Source: a bacterium (lineage in GTDB: Bacteria > RBG-13-61-14 > DATKZS01). Taken from it: 64,000 bases of DNA. A program made the translations under genes and the position numbers. The stretch is taken from the NCBI GenBank assembly GCA_963674965.2, contig CAXXFL010000007.1:256001-320000 (forward strand). Reading direction: 5' to 3'. Below the pieces are notes generated by a model. That model ran no database searches, was not told the DNA's origin, and saw only the letters and a program-made list of their open reading frames with translations. Below, in pieces: positions 49,873 through 58,865 of the stretch. Positions within the stretch are counted from its first letter, which is position 1, and each line of letters starts with the position of its first letter.

Positions 49873-51507
49873 CTATCGAGCGTCGTTCCCGTCCGGCTCG
49901 AGCGACCTGAAATATTCCCTTACGAACTCTTTGGACTCCGCCGGTATCTCCTCGTGTATCAAGGCGTTCTCGGCGTCGCGCTGAACCTCGGTAATAACTC
50001 CCTCCACGAACTCGACGGTCGGGCCGGCTCCCTCGTCCGGGGCCGCTTTTTCCACGATCGTGGCCAGAATTTTTCCCTTGGTGGTGGGCCCGGGCAAGAC
50101 GGAGCGACTGAAGCCGGCCTCGACCTCGGGCAGTTCACCGGCCCAATTCCCCTCGCCTCTTCCCTTGCCGACCATGCCCTCGCCTACTTTATCCGGGTCG
50201 TAGTCGCCCTCCTCATAGCCCCGCAACCCCGCCGCCAGGTCGGGCGGCCCGAAAAGGCCCTCGTTCACGTGAAGGCTTCCGGCGCATGACGGGCAGAGCC
50301 CGTTGGAGAATTTTTCGCCCTCCCCCGGTTTCTTGCCGCAATTCCTGCAACAGGAGGAATTTCCCATCATCTGGTTCTGGAACTGGGCCAGTTCCTTGAA
50401 GGTCTCGTCCATGTTTTTCATTTGATTGGCCGCGCTCTGGATTTGATCGAGCGACTCGGCCAAATCCTTCAAGGCCTTCGAGGAGGATGGATCGCCCGAG
50501 GACAGTGATCTTTCGGCTTTATCCAGGGCGTCGAGAAGATTCTTTCCCGTTTCCGTCTCGGCGCCGCCCATGGCCTTGGCCAACTCCTTTAAGTCTCCGA
50601 GCAGTTTCTCCTTTTCCCGGTCCGACAGTTTACCGTCCGAGAGTTTTTTCTTCATCGCCGCAAGTTTATCAAAAAAGTCCTTATAATCGCCCTCGGCCAG
50701 TGACTTGGCCATCTCTTGTCCTTGCCCCTTTTGCCCGGGCGCCGTCTGGGGCTGGGCCTTGTATTTCATCATCTCGGCCCCGGCCTCTTTCATTTCCCTG
50801 GAAATGTCCGACATCCTGGCCGCGGCCCGTTTATCGGTGATCGACGAGTCGTTAATATCCTCGGCCAGTTGGTTCAGCTTGTCCGCCAGGTCCTTGGCCT
50901 CGGGAAAATCGTCCCCCTTGGAAGGCTCGATCTTTTTGGCCATGGCCCTTAGCTTATCCACCTTTTCTTTTTTCGCCTTGGCCAGCGCTTGTGCTTTGGC
51001 TTTTTTCTCGCGGTGTTTCAAAAGATCAAGCTCGGGCATGAAATTCAGGGCCAGAATGAAAACGAGCATGATGGCTGGGGTGGCCTTGAGGGTCCACGCC
51101 GCGGTAAAGGGAAAGGCCGAGACCGGGTCGAGGTCTCTGATCGCCACCTCGGCGTCTTTTCTTTGAGCGGCGACCATGGATCCCTCGTCCAAGGCCATCT
51201 CGAGGGCGCTGGTCAGCCTCTCCTTCAGGCCCATCTCGCGGTCGGCGGCAAGGGCGGTTTGAACCAGGTCGGGACGGTCGAGAAAAGCCGATATGGCCGA
51301 CGCCAGTAAAGCGGAGGCAAAAAAGACGGCGACGGCCGGCCATGGATTGCCAAGCGCTGGAAACAACCTGGTCAAGATCAGCCAAATACACGAAAGCGCG
51401 GCGGCCGCGGCCAGCATGTTCGAGAGCCGATCAGCCCATATTCGCAGGGTCAGTCTTAGCCTCAGCCTGTTGAGTTTTTTCAGCACTAAGTTCAAATTTG
51501 TTCCCAT
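49873..51507 (-). CDS. Membrane-anchored coiled-coil protein with CxxC-x14-CxxC motif
   Basis: Three N-terminal TMs, ADREMGLKERLTSALE, long K/E/Q-rich helical region, C-terminal IPAESKEFVREYF. Confidence 0.7.
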   Translation of the reverse strand: MGTNLNLVLKKLNRLRLRLTLRIWADRLSNMLAAAAALSCIWLILTRLFPALGNPWPAVAVFFASALLASAISAFLDRPDLVQTALAADREMGLKERLTSALEMALDEGSMVAAQRKDAEVAIRDLDPVSAFPFTAAWTLKATPAIMLVFILALNFMPELDLLKHREKKAKAQALAKAKKEKVDKLRAMAKKIEPSKGDDFPEAKDLADKLNQLAEDINDSSITDKRAAARMSDISREMKEAGAEMMKYKAQPQTAPGQKGQGQEMAKSLAEGDYKDFFDKLAAMKKKLSDGKLSDREKEKLLGDLKELAKAMGGAETETGKNLLDALDKAERSLSSGDPSSSKALKDLAESLDQIQSAANQMKNMDETFKELAQFQNQMMGNSSCCRNCGKKPGEGEKFSNGLCPSCAGSLHVNEGLFGPPDLAAGLRGYEEGDYDPDKVGEGMVGKGRGEGNWAGELPEVEAGFSRSVLPGPTTKGKILATIVEKAAPDEGAGPTVEFVEGVITEVQRDAENALIHEEIPAESKEFVREYFRSLEPDGNDAR

Positions 51508-51899
51508 TAACTTCCGTCGCGACTCCTCGCGTTTATTGTCGCCAGTTTCAGATGGCGCTCATTATTGATATAACGTTTCGGGGCGTATAACGTTTTGGAC
51601 AACTTCCTCTTATTAACGTTCTCCTTAAAGCGTGGCGAAAAAATGGCGATGAAATGGATTTATCGCGTTTTTCGATCGCCTCCAGTCGATTTTAACTACA
51701 ATATCATATTTGCCGGCTCCCTGGCGCGCAAAGTCATTCGAGCGGGCGTCGATCTTTGTCTTGCTGGTTAGACGCTCGAGATATGGCATTGGATTCAGCA
51801 AGTAATAGGTGAATCCCGATTATTTAGCCAAGTCGCTCGTTGGATATCAAGTCCCAAAACGGTCTTTCTTGACTCCTGGTCCATATTGGGTTTTATTTA

Positions 51900-52895
51900 A
51901 TGTCCATGGTCTCCTTGGGTCATGGCGATGAAATCTTGAAAACGGAGTCGCTGAAAAAGCATTTTCCGATTCGGTCGGGATTTTTCGGCGGTTCCTCAAG
52001 CTCGGTCAAGGCGGTTGACGGGGTAAGCATATCCGTCAAGCGGGGCGAGACCTTTGGACTGGTGGGCGAGTCGGGCTGTGGCAAATCGACCCTGGGCCGG
52101 ACCATCCTCCGGCTTTTCAATCCCACGGATGGCCGCGTCTTTTTCAGGGGCGAGGACGTGACCGAGAAGTCGGGCTCCGATCTTCGTCTTCTTCGCAAAC
52201 ATATGCAGATCATTTTTCAGGACCCCTATTCATCTCTCAATCCGCGAATGACGGTGGGCTCGATAGTCGGGGAGGCCCTCTCGATCCACAAGATAGTTGG
52301 CCGCTCGGATCGCAAGGACAAGACCATTTCGATTCTCCGTGAAGTGGGGCTCCATGAGGACGCCTTTTCCAGATACCCCCACGAGTTTTCCGGCGGCCAG
52401 CGCCAGCGCATAGGGGTGGCCCGGGCGCTGGCGGTCGAGCCCGAGTTTATCGTTTGCGACGAGCCCGTCAGCGCCCTTGACGTGTCGATCCAGGCCCAGA
52501 TACTCAACCTGCTCATGGACCTCCAGGAGAAGCGGGACCTGACCTATCTTTTCATATCCCACGACCTGCGCGTGGTCGAGCACGTTGCGGACAAGGTGGC
52601 GGTCATGTACCTGGGAAAGCTGGTCGAGTTCGCGGACAGGGAAGAGCTGTATCGAAACCCTCTCCATCCCTACACCATCGCCCTGCTCTCGGCCGTGCCC
52701 GTGCCCGACCCCGAGAGGAAATCGAGCAGGGTCATCCTTGAGGGAGACGTGCCCAGCCCCATCAACCCGCCGCCGGGATGCCATTTCCACCCGCGATGCC
52801 GATACGCGACCGACGTCTGCGCGAGCAAGCCGCCCGAGTTCATCGAGCACGGCAAAGGACACCTGGCGGCCTGCCATAATATACCGGTCCGCTAG
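51900..52895 (+). CDS. Oligopeptide/dipeptide ABC transporter ATP-binding protein (OppF/DppF-like)
   Basis: GESGCGKST, QIIFQDPYSSLNPR, FSGGQRQR, DEPVSALD, PPPGCHFHPRC. Confidence 0.93.
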   Translation: MSMVSLGHGDEILKTESLKKHFPIRSGFFGGSSSSVKAVDGVSISVKRGETFGLVGESGCGKSTLGRTILRLFNPTDGRVFFRGEDVTEKSGSDLRLLRKHMQIIFQDPYSSLNPRMTVGSIVGEALSIHKIVGRSDRKDKTISILREVGLHEDAFSRYPHEFSGGQRQRIGVARALAVEPEFIVCDEPVSALDVSIQAQILNLLMDLQEKRDLTYLFISHDLRVVEHVADKVAVMYLGKLVEFADREELYRNPLHPYTIALLSAVPVPDPERKSSRVILEGDVPSPINPPPGCHFHPRCRYATDVCASKPPEFIEHGKGHLAACHNIPVR

Positions 52896-53012
52896 ACGAC
52901 CCTCCGCTCGATCATTTTTTCCTTGAGAATTGAAAAATCTCCTCTATCTTCTTTGTAAATGGACCCTCGGACGTAAAGACAAGTTCAATCCAACCTGGAA
53001 AGGAGTACGGCA

Positions 53013-53543
53013 ATGAAACGCGTCGCAAGCTGTCTTTCGGTCATGATTTTTCTGGCGCTGACCGCGTCAATCCTCGGATGCTCCAAGGAGAAACCAAAGC
53101 CCAATTACCTCAAGGAGTTTCCCGTCACCGGCCTTGAAGAAGTACTGGATGAAAAGCTGGTGACCTTCGATAAAAACACCTCCTCCGACGGCAACGGGAG
53201 CCTCAAGATCACGGCCGAAAAAGCGACGACCGTGAGCCTTTATGACGCGGGCGACCTGGATATCGAGGACGCCGCGCTCGAGTACTCCGCCAAACTCAAG
53301 GTCGAGGACTTGACGGGCAAGGTTTACCTGGAGATGCTTTGCCGGGTACCCGGCCAGGGGGAGTTTTTCAGCAAGGGACTTCACAACCCGATTCTAAAGC
53401 CAACCGATTGGGTCGAGCGCGAGATACCCTTTTTCTTCAAAAAGGGCGAGAACCCGGACAAGGTGGTCCTGAATCTAGTGATCGAGGGCAAGGGTACCGT
53501 CTGGATCGACGATATCAAATTATCAAAGGGACCGCTTAAATAG
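53013..53543 (+). CDS. Hypothetical lipoprotein (possible jelly-roll / carbohydrate-binding-like fold)
   Basis: RBS AAGGAG; lipobox ILGC; GNGSLKI...GTVWIDDIKL pattern. Confidence 0.6.
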   Translation: MKRVASCLSVMIFLALTASILGCSKEKPKPNYLKEFPVTGLEEVLDEKLVTFDKNTSSDGNGSLKITAEKATTVSLYDAGDLDIEDAALEYSAKLKVEDLTGKVYLEMLCRVPGQGEFFSKGLHNPILKPTDWVEREIPFFFKKGENPDKVVLNLVIEGKGTVWIDDIKLSKGPLK

Positions 53544-54284
53544 GGGACCGGCCAGGGGCCGAAAGGCCCCACTTGCAATGTCTCTTTCGGCCTCCCGGAT
53601 TTTATCCTCGCTGTCCAGGCCCTTCCAGTAGCCTTCATGCAGCCAGGCCGCGATGGAAGCGTCTTTACTCAGGGCTGGAATGATTCCGTCATTGACAAGG
53701 CACGAAAAGCCCTGAGAAGGAAGGAGGTCGATCAACTCCGGCTCGATCACGGCCAGTCCCGAATAGGTGAGGGCCTTTGCATCCCCCCCGCCGCCGTTAT
53801 GGAAGGGAGGTTTTCCTCCAATCGATCTAATAAAACCCCCGGCGTCAACCATGACCTCCGTGTATTGTTCCCGGTCGGCGGGACTGACCATGGCCAGGGT
53901 GGCCGCGGCGCTTGATCGCTCGTGCCTCGCCAGCAGGCTATTAAAATCGGCGTCGATAAGGCAGTCGCAGTTAATCAGGACTATGCGCTCGCGTCCGAAA
54001 AACTTCCTTGCCCGGACGATTCCGCCTCCGGTCCCCAGTATCTCCTCCTCCCTCGAGTACCTGACGTCGACGCCGAACCCGGACCCGTCACCCAGGCCCC
54101 GCTCGATCACGCGGCCCAGGTGGTGGAGGTTTATTATCACTTGCCGGAGGCCAAAAGAACGCAGAAGGCCCAGGGCGTGAACGATCATGGGCCCGCCGCC
54201 GACCGGGACCATGGCCTTGGGGACCTGGTCGGTGATGGGCCTCAGCCGCGTGCCGAAACCGGCGGCCAATATCATCGCCTTCAA
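53523..54284 (-). CDS. Sugar-phosphate nucleotidyltransferase (MurU-like NTP transferase)
   Basis: MKAMILAAGFGTRLRPIT...PK, INLHHL, EEEILGTGGG; TTG start. Confidence 0.88.
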   Translation of the reverse strand: MKAMILAAGFGTRLRPITDQVPKAMVPVGGGPMIVHALGLLRSFGLRQVIINLHHLGRVIERGLGDGSGFGVDVRYSREEEILGTGGGIVRARKFFGRERIVLINCDCLIDADFNSLLARHERSSAAATLAMVSPADREQYTEVMVDAGGFIRSIGGKPPFHNGGGGDAKALTYSGLAVIEPELIDLLPSQGFSCLVNDGIIPALSKDASIAAWLHEGYWKGLDSEDKIREAERDIASGAFRPLAGPLFKRSL

Positions 54285-54296
54285 TCGCCCGTCCTT

Positions 54297-55832
54297 TCAC
54301 TCGAGAAGAACGCGGAAGACGATTATCTCGACCTCGCCATCCTCGCCTTCCCATAGTTTGAACCGTCCCAGTTCCGCTCTCTTATCCCAGGCGCTGGGAA
54401 AAAACTTTCGCGTCCGCCTCACGGCCGGGTCCATGTCCGGGCCGCCAAGTTTCGAGGAATCGACGACAAGATGAGTAACGCCAAGGGCCTTGATCCGTTC
54501 GGGCTCCCGGTTGAACACGTTCTTCAGGTAAAAGTATCTTTGTCCTCCGTTGAAGGCCAGCGGGGGGGCCCACTCGCCGGCTAAAACGGCTTCCCCCTCG
54601 GGGACCAGAAGGCGGAGATTTTTAGCGCCCTTCTCGACCTCCAGGGGATGGGCCGCGTGCCAGACGAGCCAGGGCGGCAGATGAACGGCCAGGGAGGCGA
54701 AGGCGGCAAAGAGAACAAAACCGATCTTCGATCTATTTCTCGAACTCCCTTTTAACATACGATCCACGGCCATGGCCCCGAGGATGACGGTGGGCGGCAA
54801 TTGTACCAGGTAGAACCTGACCGACTCGTGAGCCTGGAAGATCAGGACGACCCGGGCGCTAAGCCACCAGATAACCGCGGTCACGCTTATCGCGTCCACG
54901 TATTTACCCCGCCGGAAATCGGCGGCTATTGCGCCGATCTCGATGAGGGCCAGGACCGAGGCGACGGGACTCATGAGGAAGTATCCGTTGAAAACGCCGG
55001 TGGTAAGGTTCGCCGCTACGGCCTCCCAGGTGCGGGCGGGAGAAACCCTCATCCACAGATAGGTCGGGTCGGGCCGGTAATCCATGGCGTGGCGGACGTT
55101 CATCACCGATCGGACTCGATAGTCGAAATCCAAAAAACACGCGGCCGCCATGGCCAGGACCACTAAGGTGGCCGCAACCCCGATAAGGTAATACTTCCTA
55201 TTCTCTCCGTCCGCCCGGAGGTACATAATTAGCGCTCCTCCGGCCAGGACCGGCGCGTAAACGACGGCGCTCTGCTTGGTGAACCAGGCCATGAGCCAGC
55301 AAAGGGCCGCGAGAGCCATATAGGCGGGCTGGTCCTTGGCCTTGGCCTGCAAGGCGAAAGCAACGATTAACAGTCCGTTAAGAGGCGTCTCGAGCAGGGC
55401 CAGGCGTCCATAATGCACGGCGTAGACGTTGACCGCGAAAAGGGCGGCGGCGAAAAGGGCGGCCCCGGCCGACCGCCGGGCCAGTATCCAGTAAAGGAGC
55501 AAAATGGAAAGGCCCGACCACGCAACCGCGTAGCCTCTGGCCCATTCATAGGCCGGACGTCCGAGCCTGAGCCAGGCGTAAAGGGAGTAGGTCCAGACGG
55601 GACTAAGGGTGTCCCAGTAGCGATAGTCGTCCGCCTCGTTGGCGGTCCACTTGCCCCACAGGACCCTCGACCGGGGCGCGTAGCACTTGGCCGCCTCGTC
55701 CTTGACCGGAGCGCTCGAGGAAAAACCGTTGGGAAAGATCATCGGCCCGTCCGCGTCGATATGAGCCAGCCTCAACCCGAGACCGCAAAATACAATGGCC
55801 GCCAACGCGAGGTATCTGGAAAATAACTTCAC
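54297..55832 (-). CDS. GT-C fold (GT39/ArnT-like) membrane glycosyltransferase
   Basis: Periplasmic-loop DE motif (VKDEAA), YGRLALLET, TKQS, RFYL; many TM helices. Confidence 0.65.
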   Translation of the reverse strand: MKLFSRYLALAAIVFCGLGLRLAHIDADGPMIFPNGFSSSAPVKDEAAKCYAPRSRVLWGKWTANEADDYRYWDTLSPVWTYSLYAWLRLGRPAYEWARGYAVAWSGLSILLLYWILARRSAGAALFAAALFAVNVYAVHYGRLALLETPLNGLLIVAFALQAKAKDQPAYMALAALCWLMAWFTKQSAVVYAPVLAGGALIMYLRADGENRKYYLIGVAATLVVLAMAAACFLDFDYRVRSVMNVRHAMDYRPDPTYLWMRVSPARTWEAVAANLTTGVFNGYFLMSPVASVLALIEIGAIAADFRRGKYVDAISVTAVIWWLSARVVLIFQAHESVRFYLVQLPPTVILGAMAVDRMLKGSSRNRSKIGFVLFAAFASLAVHLPPWLVWHAAHPLEVEKGAKNLRLLVPEGEAVLAGEWAPPLAFNGGQRYFYLKNVFNREPERIKALGVTHLVVDSSKLGGPDMDPAVRRTRKFFPSAWDKRAELGRFKLWEGEDGEVEIIVFRVLLE

Positions 55833-55887
55833 GCGGGACAGGGTATCATAAGCGATGGGGACGTTAAAACGGATATAGCCAGGGGCG

Positions 55888-56811
55888 CTAGATATCTATT
55901 TCCGTGACGCAGTCATGACTCCTTTTAGGTTCTTTACCCTGCAGGGATAAAACCAAATCATCGGCCAGCCATTCAACCATGCAGTCGGTGTAGCGCTTAA
56001 AGAGTCGCGCGTCGTCTTTGATGAACTGTTCGATATACTTCTCGCCTTTGGAACAGCCGTAGGCGAATTCCATATTCCAGTATAGTTTTCCCGATTTAAC
56101 GTCCACCAGGCGCGCCTCACAAATTAATACCGCCTGGGGCCATTTGGTCTTCAGCATCGACGCGATCGGGCCCGACTTCCAAGCCAGCTTGGCCAAGCCG
56201 TCATCCGAGGAGGAGTCTCCTTCCTGAACTCCCCATACATAGACGTTTAAGGAAAGCAGGGAGTCGGCGAGATCGCCCTTTTTCAAGTCCGCGATTACCG
56301 CTTTCTCCCACGATTTATACTTCTTGTTATAGCTTGCCTGAGCATTAGTATAACGTTCCATAGATATTGGATTTTCATCCGAAAAAAGCACGGGATAATT
56401 AATGGCGGCTCTGTTTAATACCGCTTGGGCCTTTTTGGACTTTTCAGTGGAAATTTTTGCCGACTCCATACTCATGTCCAAGTGTTCCTGTATTTTAGTT
56501 GCCAATTTATAATCTAAAGAGTTCTCGTAAAGTTGACTCGACAATTCTTTATCCGCCCTTAAATCCTGGTAAAAGGAGATAACGGCGCCAGTTGAATTAC
56601 TTCCAAGATACTTTTTAATTACCAATGGAATGTTGCGTTTATTTATACCCAGGTCTCCAGGATATGTATCTAACGCCAGCGCGGCCTTGTCATGAATCTC
56701 TACAATAGTCCTTTCCATTTTTAACGCGGGAGGGGTTGAGACTTTTTTAGCCCAACAACTTATGGCTATGAGCAAAAAGAACAAGGAAGCCCAAAAAAGA
56801 GTCCGCTTCAT
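55888..56811 (-). CDS. Hypothetical exported protein (lower GC)
   Basis: Signal peptide MKRTLFW...CWA; ATGA overlap with the upstream gene; CEARLVDVKSGKLYW motif. Confidence 0.65.
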   Translation of the reverse strand: MKRTLFWASLFFLLIAISCWAKKVSTPPALKMERTIVEIHDKAALALDTYPGDLGINKRNIPLVIKKYLGSNSTGAVISFYQDLRADKELSSQLYENSLDYKLATKIQEHLDMSMESAKISTEKSKKAQAVLNRAAINYPVLFSDENPISMERYTNAQASYNKKYKSWEKAVIADLKKGDLADSLLSLNVYVWGVQEGDSSSDDGLAKLAWKSGPIASMLKTKWPQAVLICEARLVDVKSGKLYWNMEFAYGCSKGEKYIEQFIKDDARLFKRYTDCMVEWLADDLVLSLQGKEPKRSHDCVTEIDI

Positions 56812-57578
56812 TTCTCGCCCCCTGAGCAAGCTTTTATCTCGGTATAGACGTCCAGGGACGCAAGGGTTTTAAAAAGATTCTCCTCGATAAATAAAGCGTA
56901 AGAATCGATCGAGTTATAATCGACGCCTTCAGGCAACTCATCCGACTCTCCGTTAAAAAAGTCGGGATATTTCTGAACGAACCAATGCTTATAAGACCCT
57001 ACAGATTTCAGGCTTTTAGATTTTTCGATTTTTTTTGATTTCTTTACGTCGAACAGAATAATCTCCATACAAAAATAATTTTGGGCGCTAATGGAGTATT
57101 CTCCACCTTCAAGTATAATGTTTGGCATCTCTTCCGTATTTAGCGAAACGGCGCCATCTTTAAACCCTTCTGGCATTGAATAAACAAGGCAGAAGATAAC
57201 ATATCCAAGATTTCGCTTGGCGGCCTCCTTAATAAGCTCCTTCTCATTTATATCCCACAACGCCCCTTTTAGACTGGATTTAATAACTTTTTCCGGGGCC
57301 AATTCGGGAACGGATGATATGTCGACGACGGCGGGAAATTCTTTTTGCATCAACTCCCCGCTAACTTTCAGAAAGATCGAGTTCAATTCCTTGTAAGAAG
57401 CATCGTCTAGGCGCTCTTGGGCTGGCAAATCCAATATCCAATAGCTGTAAAAACCGACGCCTTTTTTAAGGTCTTCGCATTGGATCTTGGACTTTTTGGC
57501 TGAGCCTGACGAACCGATCGAAAGCATCAAAGCCGCGATGAAGGCTATTACCGCCGTTTTCTTTGCTTTTTCCGACAT
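56808..57578 (-). CDS. Hypothetical exported protein (lower GC)
   Basis: RBS GAGGAGG; signal peptide; 256-aa ORF in an AT-rich segment. Confidence 0.65.
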   Translation of the reverse strand: MSEKAKKTAVIAFIAALMLSIGSSGSAKKSKIQCEDLKKGVGFYSYWILDLPAQERLDDASYKELNSIFLKVSGELMQKEFPAVVDISSVPELAPEKVIKSSLKGALWDINEKELIKEAAKRNLGYVIFCLVYSMPEGFKDGAVSLNTEEMPNIILEGGEYSISAQNYFCMEIILFDVKKSKKIEKSKSLKSVGSYKHWFVQKYPDFFNGESDELPEGVDYNSIDSYALFIEENLFKTLASLDVYTEIKACSGGEK

Positions 57579-57792
57579 GGTTTCCTCCTCAAAAATCTCG
57601 TTCTTGGGACGGCGTCCTATTAGTTGAAATGATAAACGTTTGTCCCCGGCTTTCTTAACGCCCGCGACGTTTGCGGCACGCTATAAAATGGGCCCTCAAC
57701 GCGGTTATAGTATTTCACTTTAAATTCCCGGTCAAGCTTTGGCGTCCTCCTGATTTGGCATCCTCCTTGAAACGCGGGATATAAGAATCAAT

Positions 57793-58803
57793 TCATCTTT
57801 CATCCTCTGGTATCTCTTTGCCTCCGCTTATTTCATACGCCTTGGCCAGGGAGCGCAGGGCGGCTTCGGCCTCGTTCTCGGCCCAGAAGTCGGGGTTTCT
57901 GGGGTTGAAGGTCTCGAAGACGCCGGTGGAGCCGTTCTGAATAACGTTTACGGGCTGCAAGCCCAACTCGACGAGTATGGCCATGACCCCGCGCTCGTGG
58001 TACAGGTAGGGCTCCATTTGGCCGGGAAAGAACTCCTTTTTCCCCGGCCTGGCCAGGACCATCCACATGTAGGGGAGGTCCTTCTGGCCTCTCGCGTGGG
58101 CCAGGCACATCTTTTCATAGCGGTTTACGCACTTTAAGTTGTGGCAAGTGGGCGTGCCGAAGACCCCGGTCACGGAATGGTAATCCACCGTCGCGATAAT
58201 ATTTCTCTCGATCACGAAATCGACGACGGCCCTGGTTTCAGGCTCGGAAAGAGGGGCCGCGCCCGCGTAATTCACGCCGTCATTATCCAGTTCCTTCATC
58301 TTTTGGCCGTAGGGAACGGGGAAGTTCCGGTTCAGGTCCACCCCGTTGGCGTTCTTGCGCATTACGGACAGCTTTTCCTTTCCCCCGGTCCGGCTGGTCA
58401 GGTCGTAACCGTCGGGGTTGAGGCAGGGCAGGATATAGACGTCCATCTTGTTCAGCATGTCCCCCGTCCAGTCTCCCTCCTCGATTCCCCGCTCGAGCCT
58501 CGCGGCCGCGGCCATGGCCGCCCGGTTGGCTATCCATTCCTCGCCGTGGATATTGGCCGCGACCATGACGCCGGGGCACTTCTCACCATCTCCCGCGTGG
58601 AACCTGAGAGCCATCAGCGGCCTTCCTTCCACGCTCTTGCCGTACTCGATCAGCTCGACCCGGGCCGGGTCCCTTGCGGCCATTGCCCCGATCTCCGCGT
58701 ACATCGACTCGGTGTCCGGATACCTGTCGATCAGTTCGGCTCCCGCGGATACCGACAGCAACAATGAGGTAAAAATTACCAGCGTCCAGAATTTTCTATT
58801 CAT
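57793..58803 (-). CDS. M14 family zinc carboxypeptidase (secreted)
   Basis: YGKSVEGRPL, IHGEE, NPDG, RKNANGVDLNRNF, SEPET, DYHS. Confidence 0.9.
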   Translation of the reverse strand: MNRKFWTLVIFTSLLLSVSAGAELIDRYPDTESMYAEIGAMAARDPARVELIEYGKSVEGRPLMALRFHAGDGEKCPGVMVAANIHGEEWIANRAAMAAAARLERGIEEGDWTGDMLNKMDVYILPCLNPDGYDLTSRTGGKEKLSVMRKNANGVDLNRNFPVPYGQKMKELDNDGVNYAGAAPLSEPETRAVVDFVIERNIIATVDYHSVTGVFGTPTCHNLKCVNRYEKMCLAHARGQKDLPYMWMVLARPGKKEFFPGQMEPYLYHERGVMAILVELGLQPVNVIQNGSTGVFETFNPRNPDFWAENEAEAALRSLAKAYEISGGKEIPEDER

Positions 58804-58865
58804 TTCTTCTCTCCCGCCATGGTCCGCGATGAACGCGGCGCGGCTTCATTTCCTAAAACATAGCG

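Noticed and set aside
53523-53543. 21-bp overlap of convergent gene 3' ends
   Set aside because: Short convergent overlaps are common and uninformative
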